64,000 nt of DNA from an uncultured Nitrososphaeraceae archaeon (GCA_963765895.1 CAVXZB010000064.1:64001-128000), one strand, 5' to 3'; shown: positions 33,226-45,933, counted from the stretch's first letter. Program-made: numbers and translations. Notes: generated from the sequence alone by a model not told the origin.

Positions 33226-34955
33226 CTACCTATGCGTAAAAATAGCCTGCTGGTCACCATCTAACCTGCAAAATCCGAATCTCACAAATTGAATGTTTGA
33301 GTGTACCGCAAGGGTGGAAACAAATGATTCCGCATATCCAGATGCTATCTCAAGACTGTTACGATCAAATTCTTCATTAGAAAATAGCTTCTTTGGAATA
33401 ATAATTCTATAGGGCATCTTATCATTAAATGCAACCCACTGGATCTTCTGTATATCGTGACTCAGTCCTGTGCCAATTACATCTGCATAGACTCGGCTCT
33501 TATCATTGGCTAAATCAAGCCTCGTTATTTTTATGTTATATAACTCCATCAATCGAATTATGCTACCTTCAGATAATTTGCCAGCATCAGCGCGGGCAAT
33601 GTACACGGTATCGTTCACCTGTACGGATCTTGATCCTAGGTTTGAAGACGGGTGGTTTTTTAGACTGACGTTCACAGGATTTGCGTTTATCAATTTCAGT
33701 TGGACTGGTTCACGCACAAAAAATAGTCTCATGGAAAAGTCGTCTATAATTTTTCTGTTGAATGCCTCCAGACTCTCGAATGGCGGTTTCGATTCAGATA
33801 ACGTCCAGCCAAGAGACAAAACGTACTTTCTAATGGCTTCTGGAAGGAAACCTCTCCTCTTCAGAGCTACCAAAGTAGGTAGTCGCGGATCATCCCAACC
33901 ATTAAGAGATTTATTCTCTATCAAAGGCTTTATCTTGCGTTTTGAGACCGGCAGACCCTCAAATTCTAGTCTAGAAAATTCCGAGACCACCGGCCTTCGA
34001 AGATGTAGCCTCTCAAGAATTGCATTATACAATTCATTTCGCAATTCATACTCTTTAGTCCTCATTGCGTGAGTTACGCCGTCGAGGCTATCCTCCACTG
34101 GTGCGGCAAAATCGTAAGTGGGATAAACTCGTACACTGGTTCCTAAAATTGGATGACTTCCATCTATAATTCGAAATAACGTCGGGTCTCTCATCGCAGT
34201 ATTAGGACTGTTCATCTCACCCCTAAATCTGATCGTTGCCTCGTTTGGCTCAAAGGCTCCAGCAAACATTTCGGTTAATGCCTCATCATAGCTGCCTATT
34301 ATCAAGCCTACATGCGCACTCGAGACCCTGTGATCTGTACTCTTGGATCGTTTTTTGATTGCAACGACAGACATAGGCACCACGACTCATGACCAGTTTC
34401 CTTCCGTAGTCTTGCAGGAGAAAAATGTCGTCGGAGGCATTTTTTACCAAGTCAGGTTTAATGCCCAACCAGTAGACACCTTCCTTTATAGCTTCGTAAT
34501 ATTCAGTTTTTTCGGTTAATGGATTTGTGTCGTCAAAACGCAAGATTAATTTACCATTGTACATCCGGGCATATTCGTCATCGATTATCGCTGCCTTTTG
34601 CGTGGCCGATATGTGGATAACCATTTGGTTCGGGAGGAAATCGTGTTACTACTTTTCCTATTTCCGCTCCGTCCAATGGAGGCAGACCTGAAATTTTTTC
34701 AGCGTGTTTTTGAATGTCTGCTGTAGGCGACATTTCCTGAAGAAGGGCTCTTTGTTCATTAATTGCAAGGGAGTTAATCTGGTTCAACAATCGCCTGACT
34801 TCTGGGATTATAGTCTTTATATTGTCACGTAGTTCCGGCAGGGAAGCCATAGTTTTAGAAATGACAGCTTCAAGCTTTGCCTTTCCATCGTATTCTATTG
34901 CGTTTCTAAGAGTTACCAATTTAATTGCTCGTTCAATTGAGCTATCTAGAGACAT
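33226..34955 (-). CDS. gltX: Glutamate--tRNA ligase (archaeal); frameshifts at about 34594 and 34293
   Basis: [41 protein letters not shown] and QFVRFGF across three ORFs. Confidence 0.95.
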
Positions 34956-34962
34956 TGATCTA

Positions 34963-35970
34963 TTAGAGACTCCTTTCCACTACGAAATTTGCTGATAGTT
35001 GTAGTGCTCGTTTCGATACCGAATTTGGATAGCTGTCAATCGAGCTTAGTGCTGACTCAATATGTGATCTAGCTATATTTCTGATATGGAAGTCAATCCC
35101 AGACGAGCAGATCGATTCTATTGCCTCATTTATCTCACTACTTGTTGTCTTTTTGGATCCAGAGTACTCGCTGTATCTTTCGTTTTTCTTCCCCGTCAGT
35201 ACTATTTAGGGCCAATTGAATGGGGAATGTCTTCTTACCTTCTCGTAGATCATTACCTACGGACTTACCGGTGATCTTTGGGTCCCCGGTCACTCCTAAC
35301 AGATCATCTACCAGTTGGAATGCAATTCCAACATTCCTTCCAAAAGCAGATAGATTTAGGATATCTACATCATCGGATAAAGGTGCAGATAGAACTCCTA
35401 GCGTGCAGGAGAGATCAAAAAGTGCTCCGTTTTCTTGGTTATCATGTTCAAGTAGATCGGCTCCGGAAAAAACTGTTGGTTGGAAGCAAGGCCTATATCA
35501 ATTGCCTGACCCTCACAAACGTATATACAAGAAGTAGCTAGTCTTGCGATCATTGCAGATATTGCTTTGTCATCGATCCCAGCCTTTTTTCCATCGACGG
35601 CGATAAGCTGGAACGCTTTTGAGAAGAGAATATCTCCGGCCAATATCGCTAGTGCAGTTCCATAAGATTTATGGACAGTCGGGACTCCATGCCGCATATC
35701 ATCGTTATCCATTATATCATCGTGCACCAGGGAAAAATTATGGATTAGTTCAACAGCCACTGCTGCAGGTAATGCATTTTTAGGTGTCCCTCCAAACATT
35801 TCACAAGACTTCGTTACGAGAAAAGGACGCAAGCGTTTTCCGCCGCTAACAAGATAATGAGCAGATGCCTTATATAGCTCCTTAGGTTCACCTTTTAAGG
35901 AAGTTAGGATAAATTGGCTCACGGTGGATGCGTTAGCTTCAAGCTCGTCTTGAATATTAGCCAGATTCAT
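34963..35970 (-). CDS. idsA: Geranylgeranyl diphosphate synthase; frameshifts at about 35425 and 35162
   Basis: GGKRLRP, HDDIMD, AILAGD and GQAID; the shifted frame has AFQLVDDLLG and DLREGKKT. Confidence 0.9.
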
Positions 35971-37062
35971 CTATCCTTGACTCCTGTTGCTAATGCTCCT
36001 GTCAATATATATTTTGAGCTTTTAATTGCTTGAATATTAGGAGCACCTATTAGAAACATTGTGCCCTTAAGCTCGGCCAATAACGTATCGGCAAATTCGA
36101 AAAGCTTCTCCACCGATTCGGCCGCATGTCTTAAAAATGGATACGCCATTGCACACATGGAAGCATCCAGCGCCAAACATTTTGAGAAGTCTAATCCATT
36201 ACGCAATCCACCCGAAGCTATAATGGGCATGTACTTCAGAGCTCTTCTAACTTCGATTATACTAACTGCAGTTGGTATACCCCAATCCCAGAACAATTCT
36301 CCCAAATGAATCTTAATATTATCCATTACTGATTCAGCTCGCATCTTCTCTACTGCTGCCCAGCTAGTGCCTCCTGACCCAGCTACATTTATGGCAGATA
36401 CGCCTACATTTTCAAGTCTAATTGCTACGTCACTAGATATTCCTGCTCCAACCTCCTTTACTACAACAGGAATTGAAATGGCGTTTACAACATCGGAGAT
36501 CTTTTCTAAAACTCCCTTGTATCTGGGTTCTCCCTCCGGCTGGATAAGCTCCTGCAGCGGATTAAGATGGATTGCTAAAGCGTTGGCCCTGATCATATTT
36601 ATGATCTTTTGAATTTCGTCCACGCCCAATCCCTTCGCCAATTGAGCTCCACCAATATTGGCAATTAAAAAGGCATTTGGCGCATTTTTTCTGGCTACCA
36701 TATAGGTCTCAGCCATCTCCGCATTTAGCGAGCCCTGCGCGTTGACTCCCTACACCCATCGCAAATCCGTACTTTTCAGCAAGACTTCCTAATCTGGCAT
36801 TAATTTTGGAAGCTTCATTTGTTCCACCGGTCATAGAATCTATCATAACAGGGGCACCGAAAGAAGTGTTCAAAAACGTAGTTGAAGTACTGATTTCATC
36901 ATAATCTATCTCAGGCAGTGCGTTGTGAATGAATCTAACGAATTCCAGGTATGTCGAAGCTGTTCTAGCTTGGACATTTCTTTGTAGAGGTATCTCTATA
37001 CCCTCTTTCTTTCTTTGAGATATGATCTTTAAATCGGAAGCTAAGTCAGATGTATCAGACAT
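35967..37062 (-). CDS. fni: Type 2 isopentenyl-diphosphate isomerase; frameshift at about 36730
   Basis: SMTGG, GVGSQR, HLNPLQE, VKEVG, GGTSW and SGGLR. Confidence 0.95.
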
Positions 37063-37836
37063 AGTTACTACCGCTTGACGCCTTAATTAATGTCCCTTGA
37101 AAACTGCTCCAGTTATTGCATCAATTATTCTACGTGGTTTTAACCCATTAACCATCATTACATTTATTCCAAGAGAGGCCATCTTGAGGCCCTCAGACAA
37201 CTTCCTTTTCATGCCTCCTGTGATATCTGACTTTACCTTGGAAAGTTCGAGCGATTTGAATCTAATCTCATCTACTTCACTTATGATTTTGCCGTTCTTC
37301 AAATCCTGGTACACACCATCAACGTTTACAGCGAAGATGACTTTCATAGGCCTTAGCGCCCTGGCAAGCATAGTCATCAGTACATCTCCTGACAGAATTG
37401 AAAATTTTCCGCTCCTAACATGAATAACGTCACCGAATGTAACTGGGATAATGTTTCGATTGGCAATCGTTCTAAGGTCTAAAATCCTTTCATTACACGG
37501 TTTCGATTTAAAGGCTAGTGCATTTGGCATAACGGTGTATGGTAGCAACTTATACTTTTTCATTATCGAGACAATTATCTCATTCAGCGTTACCATTGAT
37601 TGGTGTACCGTCGAAATACCTCTAGGATCATATTGCTTTGGTCTAGTATGCATATCATATCTGACTGACCAATAATGACCAAATGAGCCCCCTCCGTGTA
37701 CTATAATGATAGGTCGATCAATTTTCTCAAGTATTTTACAGATGTTATTAATTGCTTTATGATTAGGAGTAAGCCGTCTCTGTTTGAAGGTTACCACTGA
37801 TCCTCCTAATTTCACTAAAACTAGGCCAGTGCTCAT
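37055..37836 (-). CDS. Isopentenyl phosphate kinase; probable -1 error near the C-terminus (about 37094)
   Basis: KLGGSVVT, VHGGGSFGH, SGD and DITGGM; lies in the mevalonate operon. Restoring GTAC gives a GTLI ending that overlaps fni. Confidence 0.9.
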
Positions 37837-37873
37837 TAATCTAGAAGACGATAATTTCATATGAATTTAAAGT

Positions 37874-38857
37874 TTAGTGTATCTCCAAACCACGACTATC
37901 AACCAGTACTGGCAGGACCTCGTAATTGCGCTTCGTAGCTTCAGTTGTCACATTATAGGAGTCTTTTTCCTTTACTAGTGCTATCACACATCCTCCACCA
38001 CCTGCACCGGTAAGTTTGGATCCTAAGGCGCCATTGCTATTGCAAATCTCTACGAGTTCATCCACTTTTTCGTGAGAAACACCTATAGTTTGAAGCAACT
38101 TGTGATTTTCGTTCATTAATCTGCCAATTTCTTTCAGATGGCCTGATCGAATAGCTGCCCTTCCCTCGTCGCAAATCTTGCAAGCCCTTTTGCATAAATC
38201 TCTAAACTTTGATTCGTTTTGCGTCTTAAAGACTTCTACTTTTGATACCATTGACCGTGTAGAATGTTCTAAACCGCTGCTTAATAATAAAAAGTGAGGT
38301 TCTTTAATCAAATTGATTCTCTCAAATCCATAATTTTTTACATAATATATTACTCCACCGAAAGTAGACGCGAAGCAGTCTGCACCGGAAGATCCTTTGT
38401 GTACAAGGGCTTCAGATCTCATCGCCTTTGAGCAAACGGCCCATCTATCAGGAACTTTGAACAAGTTTTCGACAGCGGCTACAGTCGCTACGCAACTTGC
38501 CCCAGACGAGCCAAGGCCAACACCAACTGGGATATCCGATCTAATCCTGATCTCGATGCCAGACTTACAAATCCTACTGGGAACCGTTCTTAGTACTGCG
38601 TCGCAAATGGGATAGAGTAAACTATTCTTAATCTGTTCTAATTCTTCTGATTTGCCTTCGAGCGATGTAAAGTGCAATGGCTCTTGCAGATCGGACAGAA
38701 TATGAATCCCCTTCTCCGATATCAGGCGGGCGTGAACTTGGATCCGCCTACTGATTGATAGTAGTATTGCTGGGTTATTATAAATAACAAAATGTTCCCC
38801 GAACAGGATAACCTTTGCAGGGGCGGATGCAATCGAAGTAGTCTTGAGTTTACTCAT
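37874..38857 (-). CDS. mvk: Mevalonate kinase
   Basis: PAKVILFGEH, PVGVGLGSS, SGAD and KLTGAGGGG. Confidence 0.95.
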   Translation of the reverse strand: MSKLKTTSIASAPAKVILFGEHFVIYNNPAILLSISRRIQVHARLISEKGIHILSDLQEPLHFTSLEGKSEELEQIKNSLLYPICDAVLRTVPSRICKSGIEIRIRSDIPVGVGLGSSGASCVATVAAVENLFKVPDRWAVCSKAMRSEALVHKGSSGADCFASTFGGVIYYVKNYGFERINLIKEPHFLLLSSGLEHSTRSMVSKVEVFKTQNESKFRDLCKRACKICDEGRAAIRSGHLKEIGRLMNENHKLLQTIGVSHEKVDELVEICNSNGALGSKLTGAGGGGCVIALVKEKDSYNVTTEATKRNYEVLPVLVDSRGLEIH

Positions 38858-39705
38858 ACAAAAGCTATGGAAGAGTAACCTACAACTGCCTCACGATCGC
38901 CAGTGACATCCCCACTTGTTGCATATCTCAATAACTTTCCGTGTGTTGCTCCACATAATTTAACAGCAGTCATGACCGAAGCAATGGCACCGTAACCACA
39001 GGCTGATACTCGCTCTCGTTCCAGAATCGTGTAAAAACTTACAACATCTAGTGCCAATATAGAATCTATTAGCTTGATATCCTTTCTATGTGCCTCTTCG
39101 TTAGATTCATAATGTGTGAAATCGGACGAAGCCACTAGAATGGTCTCTGAGCCAGAAATTGCCCCAGCAATTGACCTTCCTACATCTATTGAGGTTTGCA
39201 TATCTTGCATTATCATAACTATAGGAACGATTCTAAACTCGTTATTCCACATAAACATAAAAAATGGAATCTGAACCTCCAAACAATGATCTCTACTATG
39301 GGCAAATTCATCATCTTTGATGACTTTCGAATTTTTTTCAATCAAATGTGCCAGCTCGGAATTTATCTCTACTGTTCCAAGTGGGGTTCTCCAGGCTCCA
39401 TTATTCATAATGGCTACCATTGATCCAATCCCATAATGATTAGGACCAATCAATACTATGTCTTTATAATTTGTTCGAGAGACCTCATAAAATCCGTTTG
39501 CGGCTACCGCACCAGAATAGGATATCCCGGCATGAGGAGAAACTATTCCATAGATGCGTTCATCGGATCTGACAGTTGGTGGAAGTTTGCCAGGACCAAC
39601 CCGGGAATCTAAAAAAGAACGTTGAATCGATTCTAACAGACTCGCCTGATCGGATGGATAAAATAGGCCTGCTACTGCCGGTTCTCTTGTCGGCTCGGAT
39701 TTCAA
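38854..39705 (-). CDS. MEMO1 family protein
   Basis: PAVAGLFYP, PHAG, GPNH, WRTPLG, SSDFTHY and SACG. Confidence 0.93.
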   Translation of the reverse strand: MKSEPTREPAVAGLFYPSDQASLLESIQRSFLDSRVGPGKLPPTVRSDERIYGIVSPHAGISYSGAVAANGFYEVSRTNYKDIVLIGPNHYGIGSMVAIMNNGAWRTPLGTVEINSELAHLIEKNSKVIKDDEFAHSRDHCLEVQIPFFMFMWNNEFRIVPIVMIMQDMQTSIDVGRSIAGAISGSETILVASSDFTHYESNEEAHRKDIKLIDSILALDVVSFYTILERERVSACGYGAIASVMTAVKLCGATHGKLLRYATSGDVTGDREAVVGYSSIAFV

Positions 39706-40488
39706 GAAATCTCCTCGACTAGTTTCGTTTCGAAATCATCAATCGGTGTTTTCATCTCCGCATCAGATTTTATGGTGCCCTGTTTTTTCATTACTTCCCG
39801 TGCAAGTAGCCAGTATACTGTGGCGAGAGCCTTCCTTCCCCTGTTATTTGCCGGGATGACAAGATCAACTTTTGATGTTACATTATCACTATTAGCAATG
39901 GCTATTACAGGAACGCCTGCTCGGGTTGCTTCAAGGACGCCCTGTTGATCTGCTTGCGGATCAGTTACGATAACAATTTCTGGTTCCATATATCTTGGCA
40001 GTGACGGATTTGTGAATGTGCCAGGCATAAATCTGCCCAATATCGGGATCGCTCCAGTTAGCTCGCAGAATTTCTCCACAGGAGTCTTACCATACTCCCT
40101 GGCTGATGCTACTGCTACCCTGGAAATATCTGAGCGTCCGATAAACTTTCACTATATCTATTCTTGCTAAAGTTTTGCCTATGTCGAGGATATAAAGACC
40201 TTCGGGATTAGCTCTAACAATAAAAGGTGCCATGTATTTTGTCTTTACAGGTGTACCCACACGAATCCCTGTGGAAAGAATCATCTTTTCTAAGTTATCT
40301 TCTGCAGAATAAGTCGAATCGGTTCCCTGCGGTTCCTCAGTTGTTTCTGATAACACATTATCCTCAGGATCTAAATTACCTGAATCCTGAGTTTCTTCAT
40401 CCTTTACAGGTGTATCGTCTTGAACACTTTCAGTATCTGTGTCACCTAAAGCCTCATTAAGACTTTCGTTATTATCATCATTACTCAT
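39702..40488 (-). CDS. rps2: 30S ribosomal protein S2 (uS2) with acidic N-terminal extension; frameshift at about 40150
   Basis: TGIRVGT...GLYILDI; GRFMPGTFTNP and DLVIPANNRG. Confidence 0.95.
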
Positions 40489-40490
40489 TT

Positions 40491-41745
40491 TTAGCCAAAA
40501 GGAATCTCGGCCATGCCTTCTATTAAACCATACTCCGAAATACGTAAGAGCTCATTCAATTTGGAAACTCTCTCTCCACCCAATACACCTGTTTTAAGTA
40601 ATACTGAGTTAGTAGCAATAGCAATATGTGAAATATGAGGATCGGTAGATTCGCCAGATCGATGTGAGGTGATGATCTTTATATTATTTCTACAACACTC
40701 GTTTGCAAATAACAATGATTCGTAGAGACTCCCGGCTTGATTTACTTTTAAAATTGCACCACTGCAAGCCCCTTTATTAGCCGCCTTATTCACCAAAGAC
40801 GCATTTGTTACGAGCATATCATCCCCTGTTACCAAACAGGTCTTGTTGCGCTTAGTAATTAACGCCATACTGTCAAAGTCGTCTTCGTTGACTGGGTCTT
40901 CTACATAAAATAGCTTGTATTTACTAATTAGGTCGTTTACAAAATCGACCTGTTCTTGTCTAGTGCGACTTATCCCCTGGCGTGTGTATTCATATCGTTT
41001 GGTCTTGTCATTCCAAAGGGAAGAACTAGCAAAGTCAATCCCCATACACATTTCCTTTCCCAACACAAATCCACAATTAATTATCGCCTTCTCGACGATA
41101 TCGATAGCTTTATCATTGTCGATATTAGGTGCCCATGCGCCCTCGTCACCCTTTCCGTATGCAAATCGTGGATCGATGGCTTCGATCTCTTTTCCAACCC
41201 GTTGATGGACTTTAAAATTCATAGCGATAGCCTCATCTATCTTGTTGGCACCGATCGCACTAACCAAGATTTCCTGAATATCTGGAGAGCCAGGTCCAGC
41301 GTGGGCGCCACCTCCTAAAACATTCCCCAATGGAAAAGGAAACCTGTAAGATTTTGATTTTGGTTTTGTTAATATTCTAAACATTGGTTCAGCCGACGCC
41401 TTCGAACAAGATTCAAGTGCAGCAATACTCACAGCAAATGCTGCTGCCACCGCCTAAAACACCATAATCCGGAGAAGCATCGATTTTCCTCAAAACATTG
41501 TATATTTCTTGTTGATTGGATGAATCGATTCCAATAAACCTATGAGCATTCTCCTGTAGAACATTCAGGGCTTGAACAGGACTATTGGATGGAAAACTCT
41601 GTACCTCATGTTTTCCAACACTAGCTCCAGACGGAGCACACACCCTTCCAACAAATTTATTATCCGATGTTACCTCGACTTCGATAGTTTTATTTCCTCT
41701 GCTATTAAATACTAGCCGACCATGTACCGACGTTATTGCAGGCAT
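40491..41745 (-). CDS. eno: Enolase; frameshift at about 41447
   Basis: NSRGNKTIEV, APSGASVG, GDEG, EDP, KVNQ, SHRSGE and ERVSKLNEL. Confidence 0.95.
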
Positions 41746-41758
41746 TTTTGTAGATGCG

Positions 41759-41992
41759 TTATTCTATCTCGGACTGGATTTCTGACTTCCTTCTTCTCAA
41801 AGCCTCATAGTAGGGAATAACTTGATAAATTGTTTCAAGACTTGAGACAAACATTCTTCGACAGCAATATCGCGTGATGCCTAAAGAATCCATTACCTTT
41901 CGCGGATCCTCTGTTTTAATCCTGTTGACATATTCGGGATATTTGTCACCGACCATCTTGCCGCATGTGAAACAGCGAACTGGAACCAGCAC
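41759..41992 (-). CDS. rpo10: DNA-directed RNA polymerase subunit N (Rpo10)
   Basis: PVRCFTCGK and RYCCRRM. Confidence 0.97.
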   Translation of the reverse strand: MLVPVRCFTCGKMVGDKYPEYVNRIKTEDPRKVMDSLGITRYCCRRMFVSSLETIYQVIPYYEALRRRKSEIQSEIE

Positions 41993-42147
41993 GTCCTAAA
42001 TTTGTCCTGGACGCTAATAAAAATCATTACGAAGCTTCGATTCAGTATACTTTCTTGAATCGTCATACTAGCGAGCTTCGATTTTGACTTTCTGATCATA
42101 TTGAGTGGTAATATTCAAATTAGTCCTCTGAACGAATTTTAACATAT

Positions 42148-42232
42148 GCGGGAGTCGCCCAGCTTGGCCAAAGGCGTAAGACTGAGGCTCTTATCCCTCA
42201 GGGGTTCGTGGGTTCAAATCCCATCTCCCGCA
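42148..42232 (+). tRNA. tRNA-Leu(GAG)
   Basis: Acceptor GCGGGAG/CTCCCGC; anticodon arm TAAGA-CTGAGGC-TCTTA; long variable arm; TTCAAAT loop. Confidence 0.95.
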
Positions 42233-42246
42233 CCTAATGTTACACT

Positions 42247-42747
42247 TCAGTCATTTGAGGCGGTATGAGTGGCAAGTAATTCTCTAACCTCTTTACTATG
42301 TCCGGAAGGCTTTACGCTGTAAAATGTCTTGGTTATCTTGCCATTCTTGTTAATTACAAATGTAGATCGGCTTATTCCCAAGTACTCTTTTCCCATAAAT
42401 TTCTTGGTACCATACACCCCATACCGTTTAGAAATGAGATTTCCGGGATCAGATACCAGAATGTAAGGAATATGGAACTTTTGTCGGAACCTGATATGTG
42501 AGTCAGTATCATCTGAACTTATACCCAATATCTCCACATCATTTCTTCTGAATTCGTCATAATCTTCTGTAAATTCCGTAGCTTCGGTTGAACAGCCAGG
42601 TGTAAAATCCTTAGGATAAAAATACACAATCACGTTCTTTGTTTCTCTATAATCAGATAATTTGACGTTTTTTCCGTTATTGTCTTCGAACGTAAAATCT
42701 GGTGCTGTGTCTCCCTCCTTTAGGGGAGTAGAACTAATCTCTTCCAT
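42247..42747 (-). CDS. bcp: Peroxiredoxin BCP/PrxQ
   Basis: YFYPKDFTPGCSTE, GISSD and RSTFVI. Confidence 0.93.
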   Translation of the reverse strand: MEEISSTPLKEGDTAPDFTFEDNNGKNVKLSDYRETKNVIVYFYPKDFTPGCSTEATEFTEDYDEFRRNDVEILGISSDDTDSHIRFRQKFHIPYILVSDPGNLISKRYGVYGTKKFMGKEYLGISRSTFVINKNGKITKTFYSVKPSGHSKEVRELLATHTASND

Positions 42748-43145
42748 ACATCTTACTATGCATCATTAAATAATAAAATCTTCACCGATTGGCTGCTTCA
42801 CCAAACACACAGCAAATTTCATCATAGTAGCAGGTACATTTTGCCCAACTTGATTTTTGAGGATATAAGAACTCTCGGGGTTTAAAGGTAGGACATACGA
42901 CAGGCTCGGAACCTTCTAGACGTTCTTTAATGTTTATTTACAATGCAAGAGCAAGCACTTGTCCATTCCATGATGCCAATTCTAGACAATTCGTGTCGTC
43001 GCGAGATGGAATACTCCATAGAATATTAATCGTTATTAGCATGTGTAAAATAGATGAGCAATTTATTTTCACAATCGACTGTGTCTATTTACTTTAGCTT
43101 TTTAGTTGCATGAGGCATCTCTGAGAACGTGAGCAGAGGTAACAA

Positions 43146-44144
43146 TCACCCAAAGACAAAGGTATAAAAAACCAAGTTAGCTGAAGATGCAACGATTTCT
43201 ATTTCATGCGTCTCTATTGCTTGAGTGTTTACTAGATTGTAGACTAGCGGATGCTTGACAGTACATATTGATGATCCATCTTGAAGATTAACGTTCTTAC
43301 CAAGTTGATTCGAATCCAGAGGCTTGCCATCTAAATAAATCCTTGTATTAGTAGCCTGTTTATTAGAGGTACCCATTATCCCATGAACTCTGGATGCCGC
43401 ATTATACTTGATGACAATAGATGCCGCATCGTCTCCTTTGGTACCTGCTCTTATACCCTCTTTTTCCCAAAACCAAGGACCGCGGAGATAAACAACATTA
43501 TCTATATGATCTCCCTTATCAACTGCAATATTAAGCTCATTAGGTTTCATTTTTTGCCTATTTCCAAACTTCCGAAGTCTGGAATAACCAACGCAAATTT
43601 CTGGGGCTACTCCGTCAAAATGCATACCATAAATTTCATATATTTCGTCTGGCGGATCAGATTTTTCCAAAGGCTCAGAGATGTTATTACCAGCCTCTTC
43701 CAGAAGCTCCCGCACCTGTTCTTCAAAGTCATTGATTCGACCATATCCGGCATGTTCATATCGAACAAATCCGTTACTATCGATAAGTACATGTTTCGGC
43801 CAGTAGCTATTTCCATACGCTTCCCATGTTTTGTTTTGGCTATCCAGAGCGACAGGAATTTTATCCAAACTAAAATAAGATAGAGCATTTGCAACGTTTT
43901 CACTCGATCTGGCGAACTCATATTCTGCAGAATGAGCTTGAATCACTTTCAGTCCGTATCTGGAATATTTTCTATTCAGGAGTTTCATCAGGGGAAGAGT
44001 GCGGAGACAAAAAATACAGGTATAAGTCCAAAAATCAAGTAGTATAACACTGCCCCTTAGCTCGCCGACTGAAAGAGGATCTGAGTTTTTCCACGATGAG
44101 ATTTGTTTAAAATCTGGCGCAGGTATTGCTGGAATTAAGTCCAA
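43146..44144 (-). CDS. DipZ-like redoxin (thioredoxin-fold plus C-terminal domain)
   Basis: DFWTYTCIFCLRTLP, YGNSYWP and C-terminal YTFVFG. Confidence 0.85.
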   Translation of the reverse strand: MDLIPAIPAPDFKQISSWKNSDPLSVGELRGSVILLDFWTYTCIFCLRTLPLMKLLNRKYSRYGLKVIQAHSAEYEFARSSENVANALSYFSLDKIPVALDSQNKTWEAYGNSYWPKHVLIDSNGFVRYEHAGYGRINDFEEQVRELLEEAGNNISEPLEKSDPPDEIYEIYGMHFDGVAPEICVGYSRLRKFGNRQKMKPNELNIAVDKGDHIDNVVYLRGPWFWEKEGIRAGTKGDDAASIVIKYNAASRVHGIMGTSNKQATNTRIYLDGKPLDSNQLGKNVNLQDGSSICTVKHPLVYNLVNTQAIETHEIEIVASSANLVFYTFVFG

Positions 44145-44520
44145 TATTAAATCAACTCCTCAGTAAGAAAACTATCAAAGATACTGACTTAGTTAGCACA
44201 ATGAGACGAAATGTCGTAGCCATAATTCTTGATGAATCCACTATCAATAGCACCGGTATGTGTGTCTAGTATAATATCTAATTATCGGTCACTTACGTTA
44301 TCCATGATTCTAATTCAAGCATTTCAATAAGTAGTACACGCAGTTCATATTCTATGCCATATTCAGACGACGATTCGTAAGCATTCAGTATGAAGACACA
44401 GGCCGATCGCGATCAGTAAACATGTAAAGGATCAAGTTTTTCCAACGCACTAGCTGTTAATCAATCAAGCTTCCTCTAGTTAGATATAATTAGAGTGAAT
44501 CGGTTCCGAATAATACTTGC

Positions 44521-45933
44521 ATGAACTATGAATTATCGATTGAAATTTTAAATAGGTTATTAACAAAGTACGACAAGACTTACTATCTTGAAGCTCGTTA
44601 TCAGACAAGAAGCTTAAATGAAGTCAGCTTTAGCAATGGAGAATTAGAAAAAATTAGCACAATTGAAAACTCAGGACTTGGTATTCGCTCTCTTGTCGAG
44701 GGCTGTTGGGGATTCAGTAGCATTTATTGCACGTCAAATGACATGCTGGAGAAATGTGTGTCAACTGCGATTGCTGCTGCGAAAGCGCTGTCGACTACCA
44801 AGAAGGTGAAAGTAAAGGGTTTGAAACCTTTACAATGTGCCACTAAGGGTATTTTTAAACCAAACGTCAACGGTCAACTTCAAGACATAGACATAGAGAA
44901 GAAAATTAATGTAACGAGGGAAGCCGAGGCTGAGGCAAGGAAATTTTCCGAGCGTATAAAGTCGGCATATTCCAGCTACCTGGAAATAATAGATCATAAA
45001 ATCATCGTAAATAATGAGGGGGCAGAGTTTGAAACCTTTGATTCTAAACCTGAATTTAGTATTACCTGTATTGCTAATTCCGGTGGCGATCGCGTCACAG
45101 CCTCAGAAGGAAGAGGGGTTACCGGCGGATGGAATGATTTGTTTGAAATCAGTGACCATTTACAGTATGCCAGATTGGCTTCTGAAAGAGCCCTAAAATT
45201 ACTTGAAGCAAAGCGAGTTTCAGGCGAAAACAGCACCGTTATACTTGACCCCGGGATGGTTGGACTTGTCTCCCACGAGGCAATTGGGCATATGGTTGAA
45301 GCTGACTTCGTGTTATCTGGCTCAATTGTAAAGGATAAATTAGGCTCCATGATTGCAAGCGAGAAAGTAACCCTAATCGACAGCGGCCGTTCTCCTTACT
45401 CTGGAGGAGCTGCTGGGACTATGGCGGTGGATGATGAGGGAGTTTTGGCTGGTGATGTAGTTTTGATAGAAAATGGAAAATTAAAGTCGTTTTTGCATAA
45501 TAGGGAAACAGCATTTCTTTTTGATACTGAGCCTACGGGAAATGCCCGAGCCTTTGAATATACCGATGAACCCATCATAAGAATGAGAAATACCTTTATC
45601 AAGCCAGGAAATGATAAGCTCGAAGACATCATTAAGGAAACTAAATATGGCTATTTGGTTAAAGGACCCAGAAACGGACAGGCCGATGCAAACGGAGAGT
45701 TCATGTTCGGTGCTCAAGAAATGCATCTTATTCAAGGTGGAGAAATCACGGGCCTAAAGCGAGGAGCGACTATTTCGGGAAATGCATTTGACGTCCTAAG
45801 GTCCGTAGATATGGTAGGTAATGATTTCTCTTATGGAATTGGAACGGGATATTGTGGGAAATTTCAGATAGCAAAAGTAGATGGAGGTGGGCCACATTTA
45901 CGATGCATCGCTACAGTTGGGAGTCTTGAATGA
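44521..45933 (+). CDS. tldD: TldD metalloprotease
   Basis: HEAIGH, DDEG, TGNAR, RMRNT and GYCGK. Confidence 0.93.
   Translation: MNYELSIEILNRLLTKYDKTYYLEARYQTRSLNEVSFSNGELEKISTIENSGLGIRSLVEGCWGFSSIYCTSNDMLEKCVSTAIAAAKALSTTKKVKVKGLKPLQCATKGIFKPNVNGQLQDIDIEKKINVTREAEAEARKFSERIKSAYSSYLEIIDHKIIVNNEGAEFETFDSKPEFSITCIANSGGDRVTASEGRGVTGGWNDLFEISDHLQYARLASERALKLLEAKRVSGENSTVILDPGMVGLVSHEAIGHMVEADFVLSGSIVKDKLGSMIASEKVTLIDSGRSPYSGGAAGTMAVDDEGVLAGDVVLIENGKLKSFLHNRETAFLFDTEPTGNARAFEYTDEPIIRMRNTFIKPGNDKLEDIIKETKYGYLVKGPRNGQADANGEFMFGAQEMHLIQGGEITGLKRGATISGNAFDVLRSVDMVGNDFSYGIGTGYCGKFQIAKVDGGGPHLRCIATVGSLE

Noticed and set aside
27096-39705. Intact AmmeMemoRadiSam operon
   Set aside because: The AMMECR1 and MEMO genes are about 11 kb apart with no cognate radical SAM gene adjacent; MEMO is in the usual rps2-mvk operon.
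42750-44520. ncRNA in the two roughly 0.4-kb intergenic gaps flanking the DipZ-like gene
   Set aside because: No GC-rich stems, C/D boxes or repeats that I can support by eye.
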